Source: Candidatus Harrisonbacteria bacterium
Lineage (GTDB): Bacteria; Patescibacteriota; Minisyncoccia; UBA6257; 02-FULL-45-10c
Assembly: GCA_016214655.1 (NCBI GenBank)
Contig: JACROC010000002.1
Location: forward strand, 3,801-67,800
Direction: 5' to 3'
DNA length: 64,000 bases
Shown: in pieces, positions 27,281 to 36,561 of the stretch
Layout: each line of letters begins with the position of its first letter
Numbering within the stretch: position 1 is the stretch's first letter
Notes under the pieces: model-generated
What the model was told of the DNA's origin: nothing
Seen by the model: only the letters and a program-made list of their open reading frames with translations
The model's database searches: none
Program-made: the position numbers and the translations under genes

Positions 27281-27907
27281 CTAAATCACCTTATTGTCCA
27301 TCAAAAAAATTCTGACTCTCTCGTAAATCTTTTGGTGCCCTTTTGTGTTAGGATGAACGCCGTCATCCAAATCCTTATTTTCCAAAATACCGAATAGATC
27401 CAGGAAAAGCACTTTTTGTTCGACGCAAACTTTTTTCATTATTTCGTTATACTTTTTGATGTTCTTATTGGTGTAATAAATATCGCGCCATGGCACGGGT
27501 TTTGTCTTTGCTTCATCGACATTTTTGAAGCCGATAAATATGATTCTATCGGTCATCTTTTTAGCCCTTCGGATAATTTCTTCAAGATTCTCCTTAAATT
27601 TATCCGGGGGAACTTGATAATTATCCTCCGTATGTTCACCGGCCGCATCATTGCCGCCGGTCTGAAAAACAAGGATATCGGCTTCCCTTATTTTGGCTTC
27701 ATTTTCAAACCGAGCAAGAATGGTCTCGGAGGTTCCGCCCGAGATGCTTAAGTTATAAAGTTCGGCGTCCTGGTCTTTCTCGGCCAAAAACAGCCAAAGA
27801 CGGTTAACCCAGCCACCCTTTTCCAAATCCCAAGCGCCCCAAGCAGTGCTGTCGCCGAAAACACAAATAGTTGCCATTAGAACTATTCTATCAAAAGAGT
27901 AGCTCAT
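27281..27907 (-). CDS. SGNH/GDSL-family hydrolase
   Basis: Block I VFGDSTAWG, block III GGNDA, block V DGVHP. Confidence 0.8.
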   Translation of the reverse strand: MSYSFDRIVLMATICVFGDSTAWGAWDLEKGGWVNRLWLFLAEKDQDAELYNLSISGGTSETILARFENEAKIREADILVFQTGGNDAAGEHTEDNYQVPPDKFKENLEEIIRRAKKMTDRIIFIGFKNVDEAKTKPVPWRDIYYTNKNIKKYNEIMKKVCVEQKVLFLDLFGILENKDLDDGVHPNTKGHQKIYERVRIFLMDNKVI

Positions 27908-27948
27908 CCCGCCACTCGCTATATTTATAAAAACAAAAAGTCCGATTA

Positions 27949-28272
27949 TTAATCGGACATGGATGGCAATACTTTCACGCCATTGACTCTTACTCCTTGA
28001 GTCGTGGAAAGCACCAGATCATCGTTATTCACTGAAAGAACCGAAGAATAGCCAATCCTGATTCCACCCCGCAGCGGTGTCCCGTCTTCAGCGATAATAC
28101 CAACCACTGAGGCGAAAGTTTCACGGGTAATATGTCTGCCATTGCTATTCACGCGAACCTTATTCCATTTGGGAGAAATAACCTTCATCGTATAAAGCGT
28201 ATTGCGAGTCTGCACTTCAACAACATCGCCGATCTTGAGATCACTTATAAGAATCCAGTCTGGCTTTTTCAT
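27949..28272 (-). CDS. Hypothetical small protein (107 aa), first unit of the cassette island
   Basis: Driven by a T1 cassette promoter. Confidence 0.45.
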   Translation of the reverse strand: MKKPDWILISDLKIGDVVEVQTRNTLYTMKVISPKWNKVRVNSNGRHITRETFASVVGIIAEDGTPLRGGIRIGYSSVLSVNNDDLVLSTTQGVRVNGVKVLPSMSD

Positions 28273-28314
28273 CTTTTATGTCTCCACTGTTTTAATTTTC
28301 AACGAACTAGAAAG

Positions 28315-28360
28315 TGACTCTATATTATTTCAAAATCTGTGTTTTGTCAAAAGAAAAAAC
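28315..28360 (-). promoter_or_regulatory. T1 cassette: TTGACA-17-TAATAT + conserved 5' UTR (AGTTCGTTGAAAAT) + GGAG
   Basis: tgtcaa 28345-28350, atatta 28322-28327 on plus strand; near-identical to five other copies. Confidence 0.6.
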
Positions 28361-28385
28361 AAGCAATGAATGCCTGTTTAATGTA

Positions 28386-28688
28386 TTATCGTAATTTTTT
28401 TCTTTCTGACTCTTCCAATTGTTTTATAATCTCTTTCGTATCTTTTGTGTACTGATTAGATTTAACTTTCTTGCCATATATTACTTCATAAACAAACCTT
28501 ATGGTTCTTTTGAAGAGTTTAGCGGATACAGCATTGGCGGAAAGCAAAGATACTGCATATTTAACTTCTTGCCTTCCTTCCCTATTTACCCCCTTTAACA
28601 CTTTCATTACGGGCAACATTTCCGGATAAACTTTTATAGTTAATCCCTTTCTTACTGAGAAAACTACTTTATTCATATTCCCCTTCAT
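28386..28688 (-). CDS. Hypothetical protein (100 aa)
   Basis: Intact ORF, basic. Confidence 0.4.
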   Translation of the reverse strand: MKGNMNKVVFSVRKGLTIKVYPEMLPVMKVLKGVNREGRQEVKYAVSLLSANAVSAKLFKRTIRFVYEVIYGKKVKSNQYTKDTKEIIKQLEESERKKLR

Positions 28689-28760
28689 CCCTTATCTGAT
28701 TATTTAAAAGCTAATATAGATATTAATTAAGATAAATTGATTAGTCAAATAAAAAACCGC

Positions 28761-29234
28761 TCAATGTAGAGCGGTGGATACAGTAATTTTTCCATATATC
28801 GGTATTCCCATATACGTTCTGAGTAAGGGTAAATCAATCCCGCGTCCTTGTACGTCTACCTCATTTCCTAACCAATTACGAATAAAATTATATTTTAATG
28901 CTATAGACTCGCCAATATGAAGTTCTGGAGATTCAGGAAGCGATACATACCATCCCCATACTAACTCTTCACCTCTATCGTATTTCGATACTTCAATATA
29001 ATAGACCTCCTTGTTCTTTGGAAACATGTCCAAATCAAAACCATATAAATCTCTATCAAGTTTCCGCGCTTTTTTTAATACACCATTCATTGTGTAGGTC
29101 TTTTTTTCGTTATACGATCCAAGAGTGTGAAAAAAGTATGATAAATCGTCAAATACGGGAGTAAAAACAGAACCCCAAAAGATGGCAAATACTAGGAGAA
29201 AAATCATCGGTGGTTCATTAACCGTTTTTTTCAT
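28761..29234 (-). CDS. Hypothetical N-terminally anchored membrane protein (157 aa)
   Basis: N-terminal TM helix; overlaps upstream gene by 17 nt. Confidence 0.4.
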   Translation of the reverse strand: MKKTVNEPPMIFLLVFAIFWGSVFTPVFDDLSYFFHTLGSYNEKKTYTMNGVLKKARKLDRDLYGFDLDMFPKNKEVYYIEVSKYDRGEELVWGWYVSLPESPELHIGESIALKYNFIRNWLGNEVDVQGRGIDLPLLRTYMGIPIYGKITVSTALH

Positions 29235-29592
29235 TGTTGGCTCCTACGACTTCAAGCATTGCCCTACACGTCTTACACTGCTCCACATGGAGCATTCGGA
29301 TATCGGAAAGATTCGGCCACTGCTTGAGTTCTTTAAGAGTAAGGCAATCTTTGATAAAAGCCAGCTCCAATGCCTTGTCTTCTAATTTCCCCTTAAATTC
29401 TTCGGTCGTCATTCCGATTCCCATAGCGACTCTTTTCAAGGCAGCCTCGAACTCATCTTCTTGATTACCGGTCTTTTTTGAACCAAGATCAAAATAGTTG
29501 ATGATGTCTCTCCTTATGGTTGGCGAAGCTAACATCAAAAATAACACAATGCCTACGAGTGTCAGACTAACGATAATCAGATAATTTTCCAT
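29218..29592 (-). CDS. Hypothetical membrane protein (124 aa)
   Basis: N-terminal TM; T1 cassette promoter. Confidence 0.4.
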   Translation of the reverse strand: MENYLIIVSLTLVGIVLFLMLASPTIRRDIINYFDLGSKKTGNQEDEFEAALKRVAMGIGMTTEEFKGKLEDKALELAFIKDCLTLKELKQWPNLSDIRMLHVEQCKTCRAMLEVVGANNEKNG

Positions 29593-29635
29593 CTTTCCTC
29601 CTATCTTCAGTTTTAAACGAACTGGGTATTGATGA

Positions 29636-29670
29636 ATATATTACTTCAAAATCTATGTTTTGTCAACAAC
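29636..29670 (-). promoter_or_regulatory. T1 cassette promoter + UTR CAGTTCGTTTAAAACTGAAG + GGAGG
   Basis: tgtcaa 29661-29666, atatta 29638-29643, exact 17-bp spacer. Confidence 0.6.
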
Positions 29671-29705
29671 CCGTAATGGTTCAATAGCTTGGAATACCCC
29701 AAACT

Positions 29706-30593
29706 ATGTATATGACATATTCAAATGACCCCCACTTGCCTCGGGTTAGAATGGAGGCAGTTCGTTTAGTTCGCTCCGGTTTGAGCACGGTAAAGGTCGC
29801 AAGGCATATGGGATATTCTCAAAGCGCTATTGTGAAATGGGTAGCCAAAGCTCCTACTGATGGTCGAATGATCATTCCTACTCAGTCATCTCGTTTCTGG
29901 ACACATCCGCATTCTTTGTCTGCTGAATTAGTGGAAACTATTTTGTCTTATCGACGAGAAAGAAATCAATGCGCGGAGATTCTGCATTATCGTTTGGCTA
30001 CAGATGGTTACCGAGTCAGCCTCTCCTCAGTAAAAAGAACTTTGCAAAGAAATCAGATGACTCGTTTCTCTAAATGAAAAAAGTGGCATCAATATCCGCC
30101 TCGTCCTCTGGCAGAAAAACCAGGGATTCTGGTTCAAATTGACACGATTCACGACGGCCAGGTTGGGGAGCAGCTATACATCTATACTCTGCTGGATGTC
30201 TGCTCCCGTTGGGCCTATGCCCTGCCTTCTTTGTGGATCAATACTCATCGCAGTTTGCAATTTGTGGAAAGGGCGAAGGAATTAGCTCCTTTTCCTTTCC
30301 AAACTTTCCAATCAGATCATGGCAGTGAATTTTCCAAATGGTTTACCAAAAGAATCGGGGAACGAAACATGGCCCATCGCCATTCCCGAGTCCGGCAGCC
30401 GAATGACAATGCTCACTTGGAAAGATTCAATCGGATCATTCAGGAGGAATGCATTTCCCGGATTCCCGGGTCATTATCTGTCTGGAAAAAAGAAATACTG
30501 GAATATCTCCGGTATTACAATGAGGAAAGGCCGCATATGGGGTTGGCTATGAAAACCCCGATCGATATTATTAAAACTATTCCAAGCTATTGA
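29706..30593 (+). mobile_element. IS481-family (rve/DDE) transposase interrupted by a single in-frame TGA at 30075-30077, likely a pseudogene
   Basis: N-terminal HTH; the same frame continues after TGA through ILVQIDTIHDG...SDHGSEF...NAHLERFN (DDE) to ...ERPHMGLAMKTP. No other frame change. Confidence 0.6.
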
Positions 30594-30737
30594 TTAGAAA
30601 ACGCAACCCCGGACTAAAGCCCGGGGCTTGTGGCTACGAGATGTCAAAATAAAAACCGCAAAGATTATCTACGACCCCACCGAACATTGTTAAAAGTAAA
30701 GTTATAAAAATATAAACGTCAAATTTGGTTCAAAAAA

Positions 30738-30765
30738 AGACGGCGGTGAAGCCGTCGAAATTGTG
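30738..30765 (-). terminator. gacggcttcaccgccgtc + T7 (minus strand)
   Basis: Ends a GC-rich roughly 125-nt minus-strand segment that has no ORF. Confidence 0.45.
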
Positions 30766-30858
30766 CCAATGGGTACTTTGCGATCCGCTGCGTTGAGGAT
30801 TTAGCTTCCACGCTAGGTTTGGCATCCCCCGAGCCAACTACCCTACGCCGTAATCCCC

Positions 30859-30893
30859 ACTGGTATAATGTAATATAACATACTGGTATAATT
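30859..30893 (+). promoter_or_regulatory. Two tandem extended -10 boxes TGGTATAAT
   Basis: Extended -10 boxes at 30862-30870 and 30884-30892, upstream of a 19-codon micro-ORF and the T2/T3-like sequence. Confidence 0.4.
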
Positions 30894-30907
30894 TATCAAG
30901 TAAATCT

Positions 30908-30947
30908 GTGTGCCATCGTGTGGGATGTTAGAACTTTGTTTGAGAGG
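30908..30947. repeat. T2-family element (degenerate copy)
   Basis: GTGCCATCGTGTGGGATG-TTAGAAC-TTTGTTTGAG. Confidence 0.4.
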
Positions 30948-31018
30948 AAGAATGATGCGGGTATCTATGTTCTCGTTTTCTGCCACACCCGTGATTCGCC
31001 ATATTTTATAAAAGAAAA

Positions 31019-31046
31019 AACCACCTAATGACGGTGGTTTGCAAAT
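31019..31046. terminator. aaaaaaccacc-taatgac-ggtggttt (bidirectional)
   Basis: 3' of lipoprotein gene 31075-31833. Confidence 0.5.
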
Positions 31047-31074
31047 TATATTTTATCTTTAAAGAACTTTTCCA

Positions 31075-31833
31075 CTACTTGCGAACAACGGCGAAACGAG
31101 TGCCTTTGGGCAAACCCCTAAAGAAATAACCAAAACCCACAAATCGCTTCTCGCCGCCAATACTGCCAAGATATAAATTTTCCCACTTTCTGGCATCAAT
31201 GTTATACCGGCCGCCATCTAAAGTAACAATCTCGCTCTTTTGCTGCTCATCAGGATACGCGACCCCAAACGCAAGAAGTTCTGCGGCGTTAGCAAAGCCA
31301 AAACCCAACTTTCCCAGCTCATCCTTAATTTCATCATCTTTCACATAATCTCTTACTGGGAAATTGTCCTTCGGCTGAGAACCCCAAAATTTCCTTGTCA
31401 CCCATTCATTGGGTTCTAATTCCCTAAAAATTTCTTCTTTTGAGTATCTCTTAAAAAAATCTCCGATTGTGGCAATATGAACTTCAATTCTTTTTTTACC
31501 CTTATTTCCAGCTTGTGCGCAGGCAGACTTAAAATTATTCCCTAAAGCATTATAACCACCCAAAAGATCCTCATCATCCGGAGGCAACTGCATATATTTT
31601 CCAACAACAGCAATTACTCTCCTGAAAGACTGGCTACAGTTGACTTCAATCGGAAAACCCTCGCTGATATCAACTCTTACAAATTCTTTCTTTTCTTGAA
31701 TCTCGGTTGAAGTTTTCAGCCCACATCCCGCTTGCGATATGGAAAAAGATAAACTGACAATGATCAGGGTTGGTAATCCCAAAAACCATTTGTTTCGATT
31801 AGTCGCCATCTGTTTCCTCCTTTCAAGGAACAT
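31075..31833 (-). CDS. Secreted lipoprotein-like protein, paralog of 36562-37515
   Basis: Signal peptide + SQAGC lipobox-like; shared C-terminal block AELLxFGxxYxD...RFxxVR with the 317-aa protein. Confidence 0.5.
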   Translation of the reverse strand: MFLERRKQMATNRNKWFLGLPTLIIVSLSFSISQAGCGLKTSTEIQEKKEFVRVDISEGFPIEVNCSQSFRRVIAVVGKYMQLPPDDEDLLGGYNALGNNFKSACAQAGNKGKKRIEVHIATIGDFFKRYSKEEIFRELEPNEWVTRKFWGSQPKDNFPVRDYVKDDEIKDELGKLGFGFANAAELLAFGVAYPDEQQKSEIVTLDGGRYNIDARKWENLYLGSIGGEKRFVGFGYFFRGLPKGTRFAVVRK

Positions 31834-31882
31834 TAACTACTGATAAATATATTAGCAGAAAATAAAAGTAAAGTCAAATAAA

Positions 31883-31924
31883 GTTGGGTCGGCAACTGAA
31901 TCAGATTAGAACTTGTTTAGTGGG
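31883..31924. repeat. T2 element directly upstream of TTGACT -35
   Basis: GGGTCGGCAACTGAATCAGA-TTAGAAC-TTGTTTAGTGGG. Confidence 0.55.
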
Positions 31925-31958
31925 ATTATGAAAAAGGCCCCACTTTTATGAGGCAAAT

Positions 31959-32264
31959 TTATTTATGAAATAAGAAGTAAACAACCCACATCGGTGTAAA
32001 AAATAATACTAACCAAAGTAAAAATGGTGCTATCTCTCTGTTTTTGTGTTTCATCATCTCATAAATATTAAGGCCAATATAGATCATGGTGGGAATGCAT
32101 ATAAGCCACAAAGGGGCAAAGTATCCTATCACGGGGCCAACTAATAAAGCCGAAAGAAGGAGTGCTATTAAAGGCCGATCTTGCTTTGAAGTCATTATTC
32201 CTCTCAAGGCTAGTAAGTTTTTGAAGGTGCCTAATAATATTAGTAGATTTCGCCGGAAGTTCAA
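31959..32264 (-). CDS. Small membrane protein (101 aa, 2-3 TM)
   Basis: Hydrophobic helices; T2 element upstream. Confidence 0.4.
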   Translation of the reverse strand: MNFRRNLLILLGTFKNLLALRGIMTSKQDRPLIALLLSALLVGPVIGYFAPLWLICIPTMIYIGLNIYEMMKHKNREIAPFLLWLVLFFTPMWVVYFLFHK

Positions 32265-32368
32265 GCGGTGATATATAGCAAACTCTTTGAAAAAGATTTG
32301 GAATTAAAAAAGTTAATGCGGAGAAAGCCGATAGAGAATGTGGCTCCAATTACAATAAAGAGTAGGCT

Positions 32369-32402
32369 GGGTCGGCAACTGGATCAAGTTAGAACCTGAT
32401 GG
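32369..32402. repeat. T2 element
   Basis: GGGTCGGCAACTGGATCAAG-TTAGAAC-CTGATGG. Confidence 0.55.
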
Positions 32403-32449
32403 ACAAAAATTATTGGGTAGGCTATATTATGAACTAGCAACTTTACCAA

Positions 32450-32842
32450 TTGAAATGGGTAATGATAGATAAAGTAGCGTTATGCGGAACGGGCGGCTTT
32501 TGTACCTCTATTCTACTAGGAGTTCTGTGGGGCATAGCAATATGGCCCATTAACATTTTTTGGCTGATTATGACTATGCTTGTTTTCGCTATCGGATTGG
32601 CTTTATTGATAGCAGCAACTAATCTGGCTTATCACAATGGATTTAAGCACAATCAACCCTATGCAACGATTGTTGCAATGATTCTCAAGGAATATATCAA
32701 TTTACTCAATATACACGGCGAATATTCAAAAGAAGAGAAAGAATTCCGAGATAGATTCCAAAAGAATCCGGAACTACTGAACCTATTAGACACTGCTAAA
32801 ATGACAAAAACTGTTTACTCAACAGCCCTACAAGACCCTTAA
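32450..32842 (+). CDS. Membrane protein (130 aa); only plus-strand gene of the island
   Basis: 3 TM helices. Confidence 0.4.
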   Translation: MKWVMIDKVALCGTGGFCTSILLGVLWGIAIWPINIFWLIMTMLVFAIGLALLIAATNLAYHNGFKHNQPYATIVAMILKEYINLLNIHGEYSKEEKEFRDRFQKNPELLNLLDTAKMTKTVYSTALQDP

Positions 32843-32870
32843 TAACGGGGTCTCTTTTTATTAAAACTAG

Positions 32871-32906
32871 GTGCCGTCGTGTAGGATATTAGAACCAGGA
32901 TAAACA
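32871..32906. repeat. T2-family element (degenerate)
   Basis: GTGCCGTCGTGTAGGATA-TTAGAAC-CAGGATAAACAC. Confidence 0.4.
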
Positions 32907-32963
32907 CAAATTGAGTTACCCCACCCCCAAATACACTATTTTGAAAAGAAAAACCGTTCAAGA

Positions 32964-33512
32964 TTAACGGTCATTCTCCTTAGAACGTATTTCGCTTGCG
33001 AATTTTTGTATAAATGCCTCATCGGCTTCCCTATATTCGTTGCTATCCTTTCCATAAAGTTTCTCGGCCTGCCTCCTGGCTTCGATATATATATTAAGCT
33101 TCTTTTTAAGAGATTCTGCACGTTCTTTGTCTCGTTGAATCCATAGTTGCATTGCCTCTTTATATTCTTTACTGTCTTCTCCTAATGCCTGAGCGGCTAT
33201 CATCGCCGCATCAGGATAATTGCGAGCTTCCATTGCCTGTTTATACATTTCTTTACCAAATTGCTTGCCTTGCTCTTCCGAAACCAATTCAACGTTTTCT
33301 AGTTCATATTTAAGTTCGACTGCTAAATAGTAATTACCGTGATTAGCAAGGTCTGTAATAACCTCCTCAGCCCATCTTTGAATCTCTGTAGCGGATATTC
33401 CTAACTCCACACCTTTGCGAATCGTAAAAGAGGGGCGGCCCATTTTTTTAATTTGTTCCCAAGATTGTTCCTTTGGCTTATCTTCTTTGTTAAACCTCTT
33501 ATCGGGATTCAT
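32964..33512 (-). CDS. Hypothetical cytoplasmic protein (182 aa), Lys/Glu-rich helical
   Basis: Intact ORF. Confidence 0.4.
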   Translation of the reverse strand: MNPDKRFNKEDKPKEQSWEQIKKMGRPSFTIRKGVELGISATEIQRWAEEVITDLANHGNYYLAVELKYELENVELVSEEQGKQFGKEMYKQAMEARNYPDAAMIAAQALGEDSKEYKEAMQLWIQRDKERAESLKKKLNIYIEARRQAEKLYGKDSNEYREADEAFIQKFASEIRSKENDR

Positions 33513-33583
33513 AAATACACATTATCATAAATAAACTTGTTATACACGTTCTTTTATTTGCTCCTTTCTAGTAGGGAAAATTA

Positions 33584-33612
33584 GAACCTATTTTGTGAGT
33601 GTTGGGGCGTTA
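33584..33612. repeat. T2-family element (short copy)
   Basis: GGGAAAA-TTAGAAC-CTATTTTGTGAGTG. Confidence 0.4.
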
Positions 33613-33616
33613 CCCC

Positions 33617-33696
33617 ACCCCGTGATTCACTATATTTCTTAAAAAGAAAAAGCCCCGAATGGGATTAAACCATTTTGAGGCTTCGGGGAAAATCAA
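33617..33696. repeat. T3 element: CACCCCGTGATTCACTATATTTCTTAAAAAGAAAAAG + hairpin with conserved loop
   Basis: Stem ccccgaa/ttcgggg enclosing loop TGGGATTAAACCATTTTGAGGC (inner AATGG/CCATT stem). Confidence 0.5.
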
Positions 33697-33922
33697 TTTC
33701 CCCGTATCATCTTGCTTATTCTACTTCGGGATAACCACCTCTTTAGGTAAATCTTTGCGCAATGCCTTGTTCCACTTTTCGGCACTGGCCTCATCCGGAA
33801 CAATAACAGTGGCTTTCCTATAAAAGTTCCCGGAACCTTCTTTCAATCTATACTTCGAATTCACCTCTACGTACACCAATTTTTCTCCTGAAGGAACGAC
33901 TTGTACAAAAACCTTCCTGGTA

Positions 33923-34177
33923 TTATTTACACCAATACAAGGAGGTGTCTCTTCCCCCTAAAATATCCAATTCTAAATACCAAGTACTAGGCAATCTATC
34001 ATATCTACTATATCGCATATCTGCATATCGTAATACCCTTGCCGACTGAACCACGAATTTCGTTTTCTTCTCAACCCCATAAGAATCACAGTTAATGAGC
34101 CCGCCGCACAAGACAAAACCGAAACATAGCATCAGGGATTTCATCTTCTTCACCCTTTCTCCTTCAATTTTCAACAA
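33923..34177 (-). CDS. Hypothetical signal-peptide protein (84 aa); may continue by frameshift into a 52-codon frame down to about 33715
   Basis: Lipoprotein-like N-terminus; downstream frame encodes LVYVEVNSKYRLKEGSGNFYRKATVIVPDEASAEKWNKALRKDLPKEVVIPK directly after the stop. Confidence 0.35.
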   Translation of the reverse strand: MLKIEGERVKKMKSLMLCFGFVLCGGLINCDSYGVEKKTKFVVQSARVLRYADMRYSRYDRLPSTWYLELDILGGRDTSLYWCK

Positions 34178-34199
34178 ACTAAATTCTAGTGTATATATT

Positions 34200-34245
34200 A
34201 CTTCAAAATTTATGTTTTGTCAAAAGAAAAAACCGCCTCAGCTTA
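34200..34245 (-). promoter_or_regulatory. T1 cassette promoter + UTR
   Basis: tgtcaa 34234-34239, atatta 34211-34216; preceded by terminator ccgcctcagcttacgctttggcgg (34249-34272). Confidence 0.6.
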
Positions 34246-34274
34246 CGCTTTGGCGGATACAAAATGAAATACGA

Positions 34275-35789
34275 TTAATCAGTAAATTTAATCTGTTTAT
34301 GCTGGGAGAGACAAAGGTAAAGCGCAACTGCAACGCAATCGGCTAGAAAACCCCTGCCGACTTTTTCATCATGCAGACAACAAGCGCGCTGATATGCCTC
34401 CGCAACTTTATTGCCCAAGCCACTCAAATGAGAGTCGATGATGGCTTTGTAAATACATTTAACAGTGGGAAAGCCCTGCACGAACTCGCTATTGTGAGCA
34501 ATACTCGTAGGCTTTCCGGCTGAAACAGCTAAATCTTCCTCGTAATACCGGAGAACATTCGTGGCTTTAGGATGTTTTGCAATTTTGCGATCGGTATAAT
34601 TAGAAAGGACATGAACCAACTGTTTCATTTCCACTAGTCTATCAACATCCTCACGCGTGGTTGCTCTAAGGACAGCAACCGCTTTCTGAAGGATGTCTTC
34701 CGTTTTCATTGTGCTTGATAAATCAAAAAGGTGTTGGCTTGCCACGACAGGAATCAGAAGTTCAATAATACCGTGATTGATTCTGCCCCCTCCCCGGTTG
34801 CGCAGACTTTCCTTCTGGGCCCGGAGAGCAAAATGGTATATCGGCGGCTGCCCATCTACACTATGCTGACGCACACTTCGTGCCAAATCTTCAAATGCCT
34901 CGCCGATGTTGATACCCCCTATTACAAAATACTCAAGTTTCAAATGCCGACTCACATTTCGATGTCTGGTAGTGCAACCGGTTTTATCCGATAGCGGCTC
35001 AAGTGCGCAAGCAAGCATTACTTGCCGGCCAGTTTCGCGAGGAGTTCTTACATCTTTCTGATTCTCCCATGCAATTTTGTAAAGAACATCCAGGTGACGC
35101 TCATCTTGTTGCTCATCCTCCTCCATAAAAATATCTGCATCGTATAAATCCTCAATCAGACGCCGCAGATCCGGGTTCAGCACAAGCATTTTTTCTTTTA
35201 TCTGAGCCGCGCTAAGCTTTGCTCCGCCAAACTTATCATTCGCCCGATGCAAAGCATCGTAACAATCAGCAAGCGCCAACATCCGACCATAAAAAGTAAT
35301 TAAAGCCTCCGTGGCTCGGGAAAAAGAATGAGACTTCTTCGGAAGTTTACTCGGATAACCATTAACTTGAAATCGGTGATGCCACAATATAACTTCTGCG
35401 GTAAAATCGAAAGTTCCCCTAAGGAGTCGATAACTGTCCATAACATGGGCTTTCATAACCCTAGTATCCTTAGCTGTCCATCCGCTCGTTTTTTCCAAAG
35501 TTGAAATGGGAGCCTGAGTTTTACCAATATCATGGAATACGCCAGCATACACAAGCGCTTTAACATCAAGATTCATAAACTTAGCTATTAACTCAAGCAG
35601 TAATGCAACACGAAGGCTGTGCTGGTAATGAAGGTGGGTTACAGAATTCTTGTTTCGAAGTGGAGCGAGCAACGATCTTACCTTTCTACGCTCATCACTA
35701 CTCACCTTCAAATCGCTTAAAATCTCGTCAAATCTTTTCTCGAGCCAGGTAGTATAAGCCGCATCGTTCTCTACGTGTATTTTGTCCAT
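34275..35789 (-). CDS. HD-GYP-type phosphohydrolase domain protein with uncharacterised 250-aa C-terminal extension
   Basis: GVFHDIGK (HD motif) and ILWHHRFQVNGYPS (HHExxDGxGYP-like). Confidence 0.55.
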   Translation of the reverse strand: MDKIHVENDAAYTTWLEKRFDEILSDLKVSSDERRKVRSLLAPLRNKNSVTHLHYQHSLRVALLLELIAKFMNLDVKALVYAGVFHDIGKTQAPISTLEKTSGWTAKDTRVMKAHVMDSYRLLRGTFDFTAEVILWHHRFQVNGYPSKLPKKSHSFSRATEALITFYGRMLALADCYDALHRANDKFGGAKLSAAQIKEKMLVLNPDLRRLIEDLYDADIFMEEDEQQDERHLDVLYKIAWENQKDVRTPRETGRQVMLACALEPLSDKTGCTTRHRNVSRHLKLEYFVIGGINIGEAFEDLARSVRQHSVDGQPPIYHFALRAQKESLRNRGGGRINHGIIELLIPVVASQHLFDLSSTMKTEDILQKAVAVLRATTREDVDRLVEMKQLVHVLSNYTDRKIAKHPKATNVLRYYEEDLAVSAGKPTSIAHNSEFVQGFPTVKCIYKAIIDSHLSGLGNKVAEAYQRACCLHDEKVGRGFLADCVAVALYLCLSQHKQIKFTD

Positions 35790-35815
35790 CTATATCTCCT
35801 TTTAAAAAGATCCAG

Positions 35816-35850
35816 TGTTATATTAACACTAAATTTGAAGGGTGTCAAAA
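35816..35850 (-). promoter_or_regulatory. T1-variant cassette promoter TTGACA-17-TAATAT
   Basis: tgtcaa 35843-35848, atatta 35820-35825; terminator ccgccaaataagcgg upstream. Confidence 0.55.
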
Positions 35851-35872
35851 GAAAAAACCGCTTATTTGGCGG

Positions 35873-36433
35873 TTAATGTTCTGATTCATTATTCTTATCT
35901 TCTAGACGCTGCCGATCCCTTTGATCATATTCTTGAGCAAGTTTTTGGGCTTTTGCTTTAAAATCCTCGCCCTCCTCAAGATCAACGATATAAGATCGTA
36001 TAGGTAAATCGCCAAGACAGCCAGTATCTCTTAGAAGACTATCGCTCTTTCTCCACCCAAAACTACTTATAAGATTCACACCGACTATCCCCTCGGTCTC
36101 ATAAAGACCCCTTATCTGCATATCAATAAATTCTTTCTCTAACTTCGAATCTTCAACTCTCCTCGAATCTATACGGCGCAATCGTTCTTCTTGGGCACCT
36201 CTGTCAATGTTTAGAAAAATAAGGACGCGCTCAGGATTATCAGTTGGTTGCTTTGGATACGCATAATCAGGAAACCCATATTGATAATCAGGTATCACAA
36301 AAATAACGGCATCAAGAACAAATGGGAATTTTCTTAATTTCTTTTCAAGTCGATCAAGATTAATCTGTATAGTGGGTCGTATATATGCAACATCTATTTC
36401 TTCAGTCGTCTTCCCATGAAGATTGTATACCAT
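35873..36433 (-). CDS. Hypothetical protein with nucleoside/nucleotide-kinase-like LID region but no full Walker A
   Basis: HGKTT near N-terminus; VLIFLNIDRGAQEERLRRIDSRRVEDSKLE resembles dNK/NMP-kinase LID. Confidence 0.3.
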   Translation of the reverse strand: MVYNLHGKTTEEIDVAYIRPTIQINLDRLEKKLRKFPFVLDAVIFVIPDYQYGFPDYAYPKQPTDNPERVLIFLNIDRGAQEERLRRIDSRRVEDSKLEKEFIDMQIRGLYETEGIVGVNLISSFGWRKSDSLLRDTGCLGDLPIRSYIVDLEEGEDFKAKAQKLAQEYDQRDRQRLEDKNNESEH

Positions 36434-36561
36434 CTATTTAAACCTTCTTATCCTAAATTACTAAACATATATTATTAAAAAGATATCTTTTTGTCAAAAA
36501 ACTGCTGACAAATAGAAATGCCCACACAGTAAACCGTGTGGGCATTTTTCCAGATGTCCCG

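Noticed and set aside
29706-30593. UGA recoding (genetic code 25/4) to explain the in-frame TGA in the transposase
   Set aside because: Long conserved genes (typA, lepA, dnaX, mraY) are full length under the standard code. dnaX and others terminate with TGA at the expected position.
32068-32349. 93-aa minus ORF overlapping the 101-aa membrane protein gene
   Set aside because: Alternative frame of the same region. The hydrophobic 101-aa frame with upstream T2/promoter is the coherent one.
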